This document shows positions 21,115 to 31,252 of a stretch of DNA of 60,117 nt, one piece after another (the first letter of the stretch is position 1; each line of letters starts with the position of its first letter). Location of the stretch: IMG/VR virus record IMGVR_UViG_3300000932_000004, positions 1 to 60,117 of that record; one strand, given 5' to 3'. The position numbers and the translations under genes are program-made. The notes under the pieces are model-generated. The model was not told where the DNA came from. It searched no databases and saw only the letters and a list, made by a program, of their open reading frames with translations. This DNA comes from a virus (Duplodnaviria > Caudoviricetes).

Positions 21115-21842
21115 TTTCCATACATAAAATCTCTTGCTATAGTATCAAGGATGTCAATATTATTATTTTTTTCAGAATCCCATTCTGATAATTTAGCTTT
21201 TAAATTACAATCTGCTCTACCTCTAACACATCTTAATTTATAATCTTCATATGTTTTATTTCTATAATGATTGATATATGCAACATCTGTTGGTCCATTT
21301 GGATTAAATGGTCCTCTTATTTCTTTATTATTTGTATCATAAACATGTATGTTTGCATTATGTGGTAATGTCATTCTAAAATTTTTATTTAAATTCATTA
21401 TAACTTTTATATGATTATCAACATTTTTACTTCTATATATAAATTGTTTTAATAATGAATTTTCAGTTCTTTCTATTTTATTACCAGAACCAAACATTAA
21501 CCAATTTAATGCAATCCCATTTGAGTTATCATAATTATTTATAAAATCTTTAATATTTTTATGTTTTAAAAGTGTTATATATTCATCACAATCAATAAAT
21601 GCAGCCCAATCATACTCAGTATTGTTATTTATAAAATGATTATATGCTGGTAACTGTTGAACCTCTCCATCAAATGGTATTTTTGTTAAAAATGGTTTAT
21701 TAATATCAGTTCTCCAATTATTTTCATATAAAAATATATGGTCAAACCCTAGTTTATGATTATATTCTAACCATTCATCTAAATAAAAATCTTCATTTTT
21801 GGCTATACAAACTAATGCAATTTTCATATCTTCTTTATCCAA
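21111..21842 (-). CDS. GT-A glycosyltransferase (GT2/GT92-like)
   Basis: IAKNED.YLDEWLEY...GFDHIFLY; WAAFIDCDEY DxD motif. Confidence 0.8.
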   Translation of the reverse strand: MDKEDMKIALVCIAKNEDFYLDEWLEYNHKLGFDHIFLYENNWRTDINKPFLTKIPFDGEVQQLPAYNHFINNNTEYDWAAFIDCDEYITLLKHKNIKDFINNYDNSNGIALNWLMFGSGNKIERTENSLLKQFIYRSKNVDNHIKVIMNLNKNFRMTLPHNANIHVYDTNNKEIRGPFNPNGPTDVAYINHYRNKTYEDYKLRCVRGRADCNLKAKLSEWDSEKNNNIDILDTIARDFMYGN

Positions 21843-22363
21843 CTAAAATCACTAAATATCATATCTGGTTTTCCTAATGTTTCATTTACTGCTCTTCTAA
21901 CACCATCCCAATTAAGATGATAATCATGACCAGAAATGTATCCACCCTCTTTAATAATTGGTCTATAATTATTAATATCTTTTAAAACCTGATCATAAGT
22001 ATGTAAACCATCAATATAAACAATATCGAACATATCATTTTTAATATCATTAATCGCATCATCCGATTTTTTACGTATATGAGTTATATTATTAATATCC
22101 TTAATATTATTTTTAAAAATCTCATAAACACCATTAAAATCCATATATTTACATGCGGGGTCATTTTTATCATAATCATTTAAATATGGATCAACAGATA
22201 ATACAGTTTTAAAATATTTGGAAAATATGATTGTTGATTCACCAGCATATGAACCAATTTCAATTAAATTCATTTTCCTTACATCATCTCCGATGTAATT
22301 AATTAAATCAATCAAACCGTTAGATTGATTATTATCTCTCATTTTATATAATTTATTTTTCAT
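21824..22363 (-). CDS. Class I SAM-dependent methyltransferase (Methyltransf_24-like)
   Basis: IEIGSYAGES, DIVYIDGLHTY, GGYISGHDY. Confidence 0.85.
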   Translation of the reverse strand: MKNKLYKMRDNNQSNGLIDLINYIGDDVRKMNLIEIGSYAGESTIIFSKYFKTVLSVDPYLNDYDKNDPACKYMDFNGVYEIFKNNIKDINNITHIRKKSDDAINDIKNDMFDIVYIDGLHTYDQVLKDINNYRPIIKEGGYISGHDYHLNWDGVRRAVNETLGKPDMIFSDFSWIKKI

Positions 22364-22677
22364 AAACCTATATTATTTTTCCAAATATTAAACCATTCCA
22401 ATGTTTTAAAGGAATATCCCCAATCACCTGTTAAAATAAAATTAATTGGTAGTGATATAAATATTAAAATCCATGTAATTGGGAAAAATACCGCAGATAA
22501 TCTCCACCAAATATTTGAAACTCTTTTTCTTCTTTTATAAAACTCAAATTTAGAGAATCTAACAATTTCATTATCATATATTTTTTGTTTTTGATAATTT
22601 GTTAATTCTGGTATTGATTTTTTTATCCAATCATAAACTTCGTAATCACTAGCCTTTTTATATCTATGAAATTCCAT
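22360..22677 (-). CDS. Hypothetical membrane protein
   Basis: Hydrophobic segment; overlapping neighbours. Confidence 0.5.
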   Translation of the reverse strand: MEFHRYKKASDYEVYDWIKKSIPELTNYQKQKIYDNEIVRFSKFEFYKRRKRVSNIWWRLSAVFFPITWILIFISLPINFILTGDWGYSFKTLEWFNIWKNNIGL

Positions 22678-22933
22678 TTTTTAATAAGTTATCAACAATT
22701 TTTTGATTTTCTTCTAATATTTTTTTAACTTTTAAATATTCATCTTCACCAATCAATTTTGGATTGATGCATTCAATTCTTGTATCACCTTCAAAAATTG
22801 GTACATAAAATGTATATATGTCTGGATATTTATCAGCTACGCTAGTTGATAGATTATATAATCTATCGTTAATATGTGTTATATCCTCACTTTTATCAAA
22901 TTTAGTATAAAAAACTAATATAATTTTATCCAT
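22664..22933 (-). CDS. Hypothetical protein
   Basis: Operon packing. Confidence 0.5.
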   Translation of the reverse strand: MDKIILVFYTKFDKSEDITHINDRLYNLSTSVADKYPDIYTFYVPIFEGDTRIECINPKLIGEDEYLKVKKILEENQKIVDNLLKNGIS

Positions 22934-22936
22934 AAT

Positions 22937-23617
22937 TTAAAATGTTCTTTCTTTTTCCATTCTTTTAATTGTATCTAAAGGATGTTCATTTGGTAACATA
23001 TTATAACCACATCCGATTGTTCCACCTTTCCAAGAACCTTTTCTTGATCCAACTTCTTTTGAGAATTCAACATTTATCGATTTAATTACCTTTTTAAATA
23101 ACCCAGTCCATTCAAGCCATTTTGGTCGCCATTCACGCTCTTCAACAGTAATTTCACAAGGAACTACACTATTATCATATTTATCTAAAAAATCGTAATT
23201 ATATATCATTTTAACATCATTCCATTTACTATGGTAAAAGTCTTTTGATTTTCCTCTTTTTTCATGCTCCCAATTTCCATTTTTAAGTAATAGTGAAGTT
23301 CTATACCAATTTTTTGTTATAAAAGGAATATCCCATGCAAATGATTTATTTCCTCCCCAATTACCTTTACCACCATAATATAACCAAAATGTATTGTGAT
23401 GTATTGCAATTCCATATTTTGGTGGATCACATTCATCAGTCCATTTATTTCTGAATGGTAATTTTATAATTAATGTGAAAAATATTAGAGAAATTGTAAT
23501 TCTTGGTCTATTTGAGAAATATCCACAAACAGAATATGATAATTCGAAATGTTTTGTGAAATAGAAGGTAAAGAAATAGTTATTTATTTCTTTAAAGTTT
23601 TTTATTGATAAAATCAT
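22937..23617 (-). CDS. Hypothetical Trp-rich phage protein
   Basis: 226-aa ORF, ATGA overlap with upstream gene. Confidence 0.55.
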   Translation of the reverse strand: MILSIKNFKEINNYFFTFYFTKHFELSYSVCGYFSNRPRITISLIFFTLIIKLPFRNKWTDECDPPKYGIAIHHNTFWLYYGGKGNWGGNKSFAWDIPFITKNWYRTSLLLKNGNWEHEKRGKSKDFYHSKWNDVKMIYNYDFLDKYDNSVVPCEITVEEREWRPKWLEWTGLFKKVIKSINVEFSKEVGSRKGSWKGGTIGCGYNMLPNEHPLDTIKRMEKERTF

Positions 23618-24507
23618 GATTCTTCTTTTATTATTGTATAAAGATCTTTATATTTTTTCATGGAAAATCTTATTTCTTTCATTTCCATATTTGTTATCTC
23701 ACGAAGATATAAAAGTATTTTGTTTTTTGCAAAATTATTTGTAATTTTTTTATCGTATTCACCCTTTTCGGTATGTTCTAAAAATAGTTTTTCCCAATTT
23801 TTAAAAATTTCTATAATTCCTTTACCAACAGTAATTTCTTTAGATGTTAACGTATCATCATTATCTATTGTATCTTCAATGCATTCAATAATACTATTAA
23901 ATGTTTTCAAATATACATCATCATCCTCTTCGTAATAATTTTCTTCATATGAAAATCTTATATCTTCATCAAAATTATAATCAACATTTTCAATATATAT
24001 GTTATTTATAATCTCATTTCTTGAATTTTTTGAATGATCTTTATAGTAATTTCTAATTATAGTTCCACAATATGCATATGCTGTTGCAAAAAATATTCTA
24101 TAAACATTACCATCGTTTAGTTCATTTAATTCATTTACTTTTCTTTCTGCATCATATAAGTCCAAATATTTAAACTTTCTATGTTTAATCCATTTATCTG
24201 TATTATCGGTATCGTTTGATTGATATTCAACAATATATGGTCTAAATTTAATCATATTCTCAATTAAATGAGACAAACCACCCATTTCAACTTCCATAAT
24301 ATCATAATTACCAATATGATGGTTATATGTTCTTAATATAGAAGATGTCATTTTTTTAAATGGTATTCTTAGATAATTATTATATATTTTGTGTCTTTCT
24401 TCAAAAGAATCCGTTTTAATATAATCAATAACTGCCTTTTCTTCTAATTCTCCAAAGTATTTTCTATTTTTTGGTTTTCTTCCTCTTTTCTTTTTTACAT
24501 TCTCCAT
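23614..24507 (-). CDS. Putative phage sigma factor (sigma70 region 2 / gp55-like)
   Basis: YFG..EE.AVIDY N-terminus, L..LIENMIKF.P ... AYAYCGTIIRNY region-2-like segment. Confidence 0.5.
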   Translation of the reverse strand: MENVKKKRGRKPKNRKYFGELEEKAVIDYIKTDSFEERHKIYNNYLRIPFKKMTSSILRTYNHHIGNYDIMEVEMGGLSHLIENMIKFRPYIVEYQSNDTDNTDKWIKHRKFKYLDLYDAERKVNELNELNDGNVYRIFFATAYAYCGTIIRNYYKDHSKNSRNEIINNIYIENVDYNFDEDIRFSYEENYYEEDDDVYLKTFNSIIECIEDTIDNDDTLTSKEITVGKGIIEIFKNWEKLFLEHTEKGEYDKKITNNFAKNKILLYLREITNMEMKEIRFSMKKYKDLYTIIKEES

Positions 24508-24531
24508 TAAAAAATTTAATCATAAAAAATA

Positions 24532-25308
24532 TTATTTTTTGAATATATGTTCAGTTCTTGCTCTTTCAAATTCTTCTTTAGAATCCTTTTCTTTATATTT
24601 ACTAATAAAATATTTTGTAGCTGATCCATCTCTATCGTTTAAGTGTAGATATCCAATTTTTGGAATTACAAATACCTTAAAATTATTGTATGTGAATCTT
24701 AATAAAAACTCATATACGGCAGAAACATCAAAATTAGTTTTTAATCTACCAGCTTCAATAAATGATGATTTTTTAAATACACCACCAGAAATAAAGAAGT
24801 AACTAAAATCTTTTAACAATTCATTTGTTAAATATCCAAATTCATTATCATCGATAAATGATTTAGACCAAACAAATTCATTGGTTAATTTAACTAAATT
24901 TTCATTCCTATCAACCTCAACCATCAATGGTAAAAAAGAATCCACTTCAGGATAATGTTTCATATATTTACTTACATTTCTGAAATAAATATTCGAATAT
25001 TCATCATCAAATTCAAGTAAACTAAAATATTCAGTATCTACATTATCAACAGCATAATTTACTTGTGATTGAAAATCTGAATTTCCATTATTTACCAATT
25101 TTTTGATTTTTAAATTTTTATATCTTTTCTTTTTTAAGAATAAATTTAACCCTAATTCAACATCAACTGGATGTACAATCAATACATTAATTTTATTTTC
25201 AATATCTTTTTGTATATTGATACTTTTTAATGCTTTATCAAGATAATCTTCGATTAACTCGTGTACTGGTATTACAACTGTTATATTTTCCATATTATTT
25301 AGCAACAT
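24532..25308 (-). CDS. Glycosyltransferase family 2
   Basis: ITVVIPVH, YL.KALKSI, YFSLLEFDD. Confidence 0.75.
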   Translation of the reverse strand: MLLNNMENITVVIPVHELIEDYLDKALKSINIQKDIENKINVLIVHPVDVELGLNLFLKKKRYKNLKIKKLVNNGNSDFQSQVNYAVDNVDTEYFSLLEFDDEYSNIYFRNVSKYMKHYPEVDSFLPLMVEVDRNENLVKLTNEFVWSKSFIDDNEFGYLTNELLKDFSYFFISGGVFKKSSFIEAGRLKTNFDVSAVYEFLLRFTYNNFKVFVIPKIGYLHLNDRDGSATKYFISKYKEKDSKEEFERARTEHIFKK

Positions 25309-26353
25309 CTTCTTCTTTTTCTAATTTTAAAACATTCTTGAAATATTCAATTCTTTCATTAATAAATTCTGTATATACTTTTTTGATTGAATTTTTTGAA
25401 TTCTCTTCACTATATTTGGTACTAACTTCTTCCATTTTTTTATAAAAATCTTCGGATATATCATCTTCCAAATATTTAGATATAAGAGCACCAATCATAT
25501 CTGGTAATTTAAATACATCATATACCCATATACCCGTAAAATCTTCAATATATTCATGTTCGATTCTTGGTATGAGTCCAATTGGAATTGTACCAGATTT
25601 CATACATTCTAATGGTACTGTACCAAAAGAAGAAATATTATCAATCCATATACACGCAAATGATTCATTTAATTTTTTCGAATAAGTATCTCTATCTAAT
25701 CCATTTAATTCCTGAAACGTGATAAAATTAAAGTGTGGATATTTTAGATAAAATAATTTAATAACATCGGTAATATCATTCCCATTTCGTGTAACAAATG
25801 AAATTATAGGCTTTTTAATATCGTTTTTAATCTTAAATTTATCTGAAATACCAATATCATATTTTTTAATTTTGTAAAACTTACCAAAAAAATCATCAAC
25901 CATTTTTGTTAATTCATCACTAACTGTTAGTACTTTACTAATACCAAAATCTGTCCACTGTACACCTGGTGTTAGTGAGTGTAACGCATAATCCAATGAT
26001 TGTAATAACACAATTTTTTCACATGTAAAATTTTTGACAGTTTCCATTACATTTGTAAAAATTTCTGGAATAATTAAAAAATCTTCTGGTGAAATTGTTA
26101 CTTTATTAGAAACCTTTTGATGTGGTAAATCCATTAAATTTTGTTCAACAAAAAATGGTTTTGTATAATCGGTATCACTCTCAGTTAAAATAATACATTC
26201 ATATCCCATTTCTTTTAATACTGTCGCATTCCAATATATTTGATACATCGTAGAATTTGGTGTACCAATATTTGGCATAAAAAAGAAAAATTTACTCTTA
26301 TTTTCTTCTAAATTCTTAATGATATTTTTTATTTTTTCTTTATTTTCAGTCAT
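25295..26353 (-). CDS. GT-B glycosyltransferase (GT4-like)
   Basis: SFGTVPLECMKSG.IPIG motif. Confidence 0.7.
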   Translation of the reverse strand: MTENKEKIKNIIKNLEENKSKFFFFMPNIGTPNSTMYQIYWNATVLKEMGYECIILTESDTDYTKPFFVEQNLMDLPHQKVSNKVTISPEDFLIIPEIFTNVMETVKNFTCEKIVLLQSLDYALHSLTPGVQWTDFGISKVLTVSDELTKMVDDFFGKFYKIKKYDIGISDKFKIKNDIKKPIISFVTRNGNDITDVIKLFYLKYPHFNFITFQELNGLDRDTYSKKLNESFACIWIDNISSFGTVPLECMKSGTIPIGLIPRIEHEYIEDFTGIWVYDVFKLPDMIGALISKYLEDDISEDFYKKMEEVSTKYSEENSKNSIKKVYTEFINERIEYFKNVLKLEKEEDVAK

Positions 26354-27044
26354 TTTCTAATATTTTATCAATTAATTTATTTTCTAAAAGATCTGATATA
26401 CTATTGATTTTATAATCAGTATCTATATGATCATTATATGGCATATTTTTTAATATAATATTTTTAGTATTATCCATTGTTTCATATATATCTGGATTTG
26501 CTGTAATATATATATCACATTTTTCCCATAAATCTTTAAATTCATTAACAAATTCATACCTTTTAATTATCGGTTTCATCGTTGAGATAAAAAACAAGGA
26601 TGGGCCAATTGTAACTTCCTTATCCTTAATTAAAAAGATAAATTCGAGACTATCTTCATATTTTTTTATTAGTCTGTTTATATCTAAACTAACGTTTGTA
26701 TATGTTTTTGGACATGTTCCATATAATTCAATCAAATAATCCTCATATCTAAAAATATTTAATGCCTTTTCTTTTGAAATATATTCTTCGTTCTCTTCAA
26801 ACTTCAATCTGTTTGAATAATATGTATCAATATCACTCTTAATATATTTATTTTTTCTTACATATTCTTTAAATTCAAATATTTTACCCAAATCATTTGT
26901 AGTATATTCGCATTCATATCCACTAATTTGTTCTCCTTTTTTATCGAATTTTTTTAAATCAAATTCCTTCTCATAATAATGATGAAATGTTTCAATATAT
27001 GCTCTAAATATTTCATCAAGGTCTAAACCAACTATTTTTTTCAT
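26346..27044 (-). CDS. HAD-family 5'(3')-deoxyribonucleotidase-like protein
   Basis: N-terminal IVGLDLDE (DxD) and C-terminal PYN motif. Confidence 0.55.
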   Translation of the reverse strand: MKKIVGLDLDEIFRAYIETFHHYYEKEFDLKKFDKKGEQISGYECEYTTNDLGKIFEFKEYVRKNKYIKSDIDTYYSNRLKFEENEEYISKEKALNIFRYEDYLIELYGTCPKTYTNVSLDINRLIKKYEDSLEFIFLIKDKEVTIGPSLFFISTMKPIIKRYEFVNEFKDLWEKCDIYITANPDIYETMDNTKNIILKNMPYNDHIDTDYKINSISDLLENKLIDKILEND

Positions 27045-27142
27045 AATAAGTATTTATTTAAAAGATTAAAAAATTTAAATTAAAAAATATTTTTCGTAGT
27101 AAAATATTAAAAATTATTCTTTAAAAATATATTAAAAATTAT

Positions 27143-27937
27143 TTATATTATTTTATCAATTAATCCTAATTCAAGTGCTTCATCTGCAGATAGATATAGG
27201 TTTCTTTGTAATTTATTTTCCCACCATTCTTTATCTTTATTAGAATTACTCTCCAAATATGAATAAACGATTTTTTGTAGTGTTTTAACATGATCATATT
27301 CTGATGAAATATCTTTATATGTACCATTAATAAATGTATTTAAATCATGTAACATCATAATACTATTTTTTGTCATAATTCTTTCTTTACAACCAATTAA
27401 TATATATGCACCTGCAGACATTACTTGTCCCTTTGCAATACCTCTAATAGGATATTTTGATAGTCTAATAACATCAATAGTTCCTAACATCCCATATGCA
27501 TCCCCACCATATGAATTAATGTGAAGATTTATATATTTATCCTCATCATTATCATTAATCGGATTTAATTTTTCAATTGTTTTGATTTTAGATTCTAGGA
27601 AAAATGGTGTTGCTTGTTCAATATCATATGAATAAAAAATATCCCTATTTTCGATATCAATATAATACTCATTAAGTTCTCTGAGTGTCATACTATATCT
27701 ATTCCAATATTCATTAATTAATTCATCATCCTCCCCTATATTCATATTAAGTTGATTCAATTCATCAGAAAATTTACTTAAGTAATCAATATCAAAAGTA
27801 ACATTGCAACCAACCATTTTTTCCATTTTTTTTATATAACTTTCAAATTTATTTGAAAACTTGGTATCTTGAAATTTCCCCTCAATTTCTTTAATAAATT
27901 CTTGTATTCTATTTTGAAGATCTTCTTTATCTGACAT
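27143..27937 (-). CDS. clpP: ClpP-family protease with N-terminal extension
   Basis: INSYGG, GQVMSAG (Ser), MMLH (His), YLSADEALELGLID. Confidence 0.85.
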   Translation of the reverse strand: MSDKEDLQNRIQEFIKEIEGKFQDTKFSNKFESYIKKMEKMVGCNVTFDIDYLSKFSDELNQLNMNIGEDDELINEYWNRYSMTLRELNEYYIDIENRDIFYSYDIEQATPFFLESKIKTIEKLNPINDNDEDKYINLHINSYGGDAYGMLGTIDVIRLSKYPIRGIAKGQVMSAGAYILIGCKERIMTKNSIMMLHDLNTFINGTYKDISSEYDHVKTLQKIVYSYLESNSNKDKEWWENKLQRNLYLSADEALELGLIDKII

Positions 27938-28398
27938 TAATCTAATAATTTATAAAATACAGTATAATTATCATCTGTTTCGATATTTGAAAAATCATCG
28001 ATAACAAAAGCATGATGTTCAATTGTTTTTGACTGTTCTAATATATTATTAAATTCTTTTTGGAACTCCAAAAACTTTTGATTTACAACGAATTTCTCAA
28101 CATCTTCACCATTATCCACAGTTTCACTTACTTTTACTCTTGGTTCAATAACAATTGTCCCATCTTCTCTTTCTGTACCATACTTTTTAATCAAATCATT
28201 TTTTAATTCATCAATTAAATCTTTTTCAACCTTAACCAATTGATATAGTTTTTTTAAATGATATTTAACAACAAATGATGTTTTTTGATTTAATAAACCA
28301 TCAAATATTTTTTTTCCTTCATGAGAAAAACCATTTAACTCAGATTCCAATTCATATACCTCGTTAAGTGTTAATGTTGTTTCTTTTTTATTTTCCAT
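27937..28398 (-). CDS. Hypothetical helical phage protein
   Basis: Operon packing; LIKKYG motif. Confidence 0.5.
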   Translation of the reverse strand: MENKKETTLTLNEVYELESELNGFSHEGKKIFDGLLNQKTSFVVKYHLKKLYQLVKVEKDLIDELKNDLIKKYGTEREDGTIVIEPRVKVSETVDNGEDVEKFVVNQKFLEFQKEFNNILEQSKTIEHHAFVIDDFSNIETDDNYTVFYKLLD

Positions 28399-28402
28399 TT
28401 TT

Positions 28403-29188
28403 TTATCCTTTTAATATTTGTTTATTATTTGTATTATTTTGTTCAAAAAATTCCTCAAACCTTCTTTCAATTTTTTGAATTAATGGATTTCTAACAATAT
28501 CACCTTCTGTAAATTCAAAGGTACCAATCTCATCAATCCCATTAAATAAATCCATTGCAACATTTAAAGAACTTTTTGTTTTATTCTTAATGTCAATCTG
28601 TCTTAAATCACCCATTGCAATAATTTTACTATTTTCACCAATTCTTGTTAAAATAGTCCTCAAATTCTCCAATGTGATATTTTGAACCTCATCTAATATA
28701 ATAATCGAATTATCAATCGATAAACCTCTCATATATCCAATTGGTAATGCAATTACAGAATCATTTTCAATTAACTTATTCATCTGTGAAACATCAATTA
28801 ATTTATTTAAGTTCATTAAAAATGACATTACAGAAGGCTTTAATTTATCATCAATCTCACCCTTGATAAATCCAATACTTTCTTCCTGTAATGTAATTAC
28901 AGATTTTAAAAGATAAATCCTTTCATAGGGTGTTTTATCATCATAAATTAATTGCAAAGCTTTTGCCAATGTTAAAAAAGTCTTACCACTCCCAGCTGGA
29001 CCCGCCACAAATGTTATCTCTTTGTCATTAATTAAATTTAATAACTCTTTTTGTCTTCTATTTTTTGCCTTTATGTCAGGTTTTTTACCTAAAATAGTTC
29101 TTACTTGTGATTTACCCTTCGATAAAGTATCATCATTAATATCTATACCCGTATTATTTCTTTTTCTACTACTTCTAGTTGGACTCAT
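28403..29188 (-). CDS. phoH: PhoH-family ATPase
   Basis: GPAGSGKT, YMRG.S, ILDEVQN, LTRIGENSK, GD.RQID, IVRNPL. Confidence 0.95.
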   Translation of the reverse strand: MSPTRSSRKRNNTGIDINDDTLSKGKSQVRTILGKKPDIKAKNRRQKELLNLINDKEITFVAGPAGSGKTFLTLAKALQLIYDDKTPYERIYLLKSVITLQEESIGFIKGEIDDKLKPSVMSFLMNLNKLIDVSQMNKLIENDSVIALPIGYMRGLSIDNSIIILDEVQNITLENLRTILTRIGENSKIIAMGDLRQIDIKNKTKSSLNVAMDLFNGIDEIGTFEFTEGDIVRNPLIQKIERRFEEFFEQNNTNNKQILKG

Positions 29189-29215
29189 TAAAATTTATGA
29201 GAGATTTTTACTATG

Positions 29216-29259
29216 CCCCTCTACTATATAATAACAACAAAAAGTATATATGTTTCCCA
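29216..29259 (-). promoter_or_regulatory. Conserved upstream element, copy 1 (TGGGAAACATA..TACTTTTTGTTGTTATTATA)
   Basis: 31/33 identical to 35854-35886 on the opposite strand; points at phoH. Confidence 0.7.
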
Positions 29260-29261
29260 TT

Positions 29262-29651
29262 TTATGTGAAATTTTTTAAAAAAAATTCATAAGGTAATTC
29301 TTTTATTGGTATAATGCCAGTTCTTTTTTTATTTATTATTTCATCATCAATTGATTGTAAAAAATTTCTAATTATCGAATTAACAATCAAATTCATATTA
29401 TCATTTCCTTCAAAAAAAGTTAATTCATATATCATAAATTTTGTAATTAAATAACTAATTTTAAATTTTTGTTTTAATATTTTTGAATAAAATATTGTAT
29501 TAATGTAATAATCACCTTCTTCTGTTTTATATATTTTAAATTCTATATCTAATTTAGATTCTATTTGTTTAAATATATATATTAAATTTGTTATTATAAT
29601 TTCATTGGATAAATTAATATTAGATGGATATATTTGCTTTTTATTAAACAT
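29262..29651 (-). CDS. Hypothetical protein
   Basis: AT-rich ORF overlapping upstream gene end. Confidence 0.4.
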   Translation of the reverse strand: MFNKKQIYPSNINLSNEIIITNLIYIFKQIESKLDIEFKIYKTEEGDYYINTIFYSKILKQKFKISYLITKFMIYELTFFEGNDNMNLIVNSIIRNFLQSIDDEIINKKRTGIIPIKELPYEFFLKNFT

Positions 29652-30843
29652 GTGGTCTTCTTTGTTTTAACGAATTTTCACTTATTTCAACAATTTCAAT
29701 AAATAATCTAAATTCATCAAAATTTCTTGCATTACAATAACTCATTGATGATTTAAATGAATCTAGTAAATTTTGTAAATCACCGTTTAAATTTTCTTTA
29801 TATTTTATAGTTGAACTAACCCCCTCAGCTAATATTTTTTTATTTAATCCATTGACTCTGTTATTTAGATTAGCCATTTCTGCGGATGCCATCCCTCTAT
29901 AAAATTTATGAAATGTATAATATCCCGAATCAATCATAATACTAGTTCCTAAATTTTTTAATTCATTTTCATAATATTCTGATGGTGTTTTTTTATTAAC
30001 AATTTCAAATTTATCATTTTTATATTTTAATAATGGTGAATTAGATTCTTTATATCCAGCAAAAAAACTTCCAGACATTACAAAATCTGCACCAATGGCA
30101 ATTGCCTTTATATAATCAGATATTTCTTTAAAACCGCCATCAGCAATAATATATAGATCATTTAAATTATTATATTCCTTATATTCTGCAATCTCCATAA
30201 TGGCAGATACTGGTGGTCTATATATACCCGTAACAACAGATGTTGAACATGCTGATCCTGTTGAAATTGATACCCTCTGAAATTTTACACCCAAATTATA
30301 CAAATATTCTGATGCTTCTTTTGTTACAATATTTCCAGATAATATCTCAATATTCACATCTGAATATTCTTCTTTTAGTTTATTTATTACTGAAACTGGT
30401 TTTTCTAATAACCTATTGGCACCATTTGCAGTGTCAATACAAATTAATATGTTTAATCCATTTCTTTTCTTTTTAATTATTTCCAAATAATCTGATAAAT
30501 ATTTAATCTTATCCTCACAATCATTAATACCAACAGAATATGTATATATTTTAGATTTATCAAAATCAAAATGTCTGGTAATATCCATAAATATTTTTAT
30601 TTGTTGTGTTGTATCCATAAACCTATGAATAACTGGTATTTGATCATTTTCTAATAAAAATAAAGATAAATCTAAACCAGTAACATCATACATTGGTGCT
30701 GACATAATAAAACCAGTTTCAATAATAGAATTACCAAACTTAATTTTATTTGTTAATTTAATATCACCAGAAAATCTTGATTGTATATTGCTTACTTGTC
30801 TTGAAAATAATGAAATATCATTATAGGTTAACTCTTTTTGCAT
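29644..30843 (-). CDS. IMP dehydrogenase / GMP reductase family protein (no CBS domains)
   Basis: SAPM, IHRF, ID.ANG, GNIVT, GSACST, IIADGG, M.GS.FAG, YRGMAS, AEG; start moved to ATG 30843 because the TTG at 30864 lies in a TAAATTTG promoter-like element. Confidence 0.85.
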   Translation of the reverse strand: MQKELTYNDISLFSRQVSNIQSRFSGDIKLTNKIKFGNSIIETGFIMSAPMYDVTGLDLSLFLLENDQIPVIHRFMDTTQQIKIFMDITRHFDFDKSKIYTYSVGINDCEDKIKYLSDYLEIIKKKRNGLNILICIDTANGANRLLEKPVSVINKLKEEYSDVNIEILSGNIVTKEASEYLYNLGVKFQRVSISTGSACSTSVVTGIYRPPVSAIMEIAEYKEYNNLNDLYIIADGGFKEISDYIKAIAIGADFVMSGSFFAGYKESNSPLLKYKNDKFEIVNKKTPSEYYENELKNLGTSIMIDSGYYTFHKFYRGMASAEMANLNNRVNGLNKKILAEGVSSTIKYKENLNGDLQNLLDSFKSSMSYCNARNFDEFRLFIEIVEISENSLKQRRPHV

Positions 30844-30876
30844 ATAATTTATATTTGTATGCAAATTTAAAAAAAA

Positions 30877-31251
30877 TTATTCTATTTTACTAGCTTCTTT
30901 AAAGAACTCTTCCAAATTAATTTCAAACTGTGTGGCGATTTGCTGGATAAACTCATTTTCAATCCACCACTCTATGGCATACTCCCAAAATATTTGAGCC
31001 TTTTTGGGGAGTGACGGAATAGCCTGTTCGATAGCATCCAATTTGCCCATTTCGTCTAACATAGCCCTACCCTGTGCAGGTGAAATTACTCTTGGATAAT
31101 CAGCTATCCACTTCAGGTCTACCGTGTAACTTTCACCGTCTGGATTCAGGTTAAAACTTTGAACAGCGTATTTTGACAAGTCAATTAATGACAAGTCAGG
31201 TTCAAAGGAATTTGTTTCTTGGTTGAATATTTTTGGTGCTATTGTCTCCAT
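30877..31251 (-). CDS. Tail-fibre assembly/chaperone-like small protein
   Basis: ISPAQGR.ML...GKLDAIEQAI...AQIFWEYA...F..A pattern typical of genes following fibre genes. Confidence 0.55.
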   Translation of the reverse strand: METIAPKIFNQETNSFEPDLSLIDLSKYAVQSFNLNPDGESYTVDLKWIADYPRVISPAQGRAMLDEMGKLDAIEQAIPSLPKKAQIFWEYAIEWWIENEFIQQIATQFEINLEEFFKEASKIE

Positions 31252-31252
31252 T

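Noticed and set aside
27045-27142. Repeated AATAATTTT tracts (also 57233-57303)
   Set aside because: Too low in information at this AT content to call a motif
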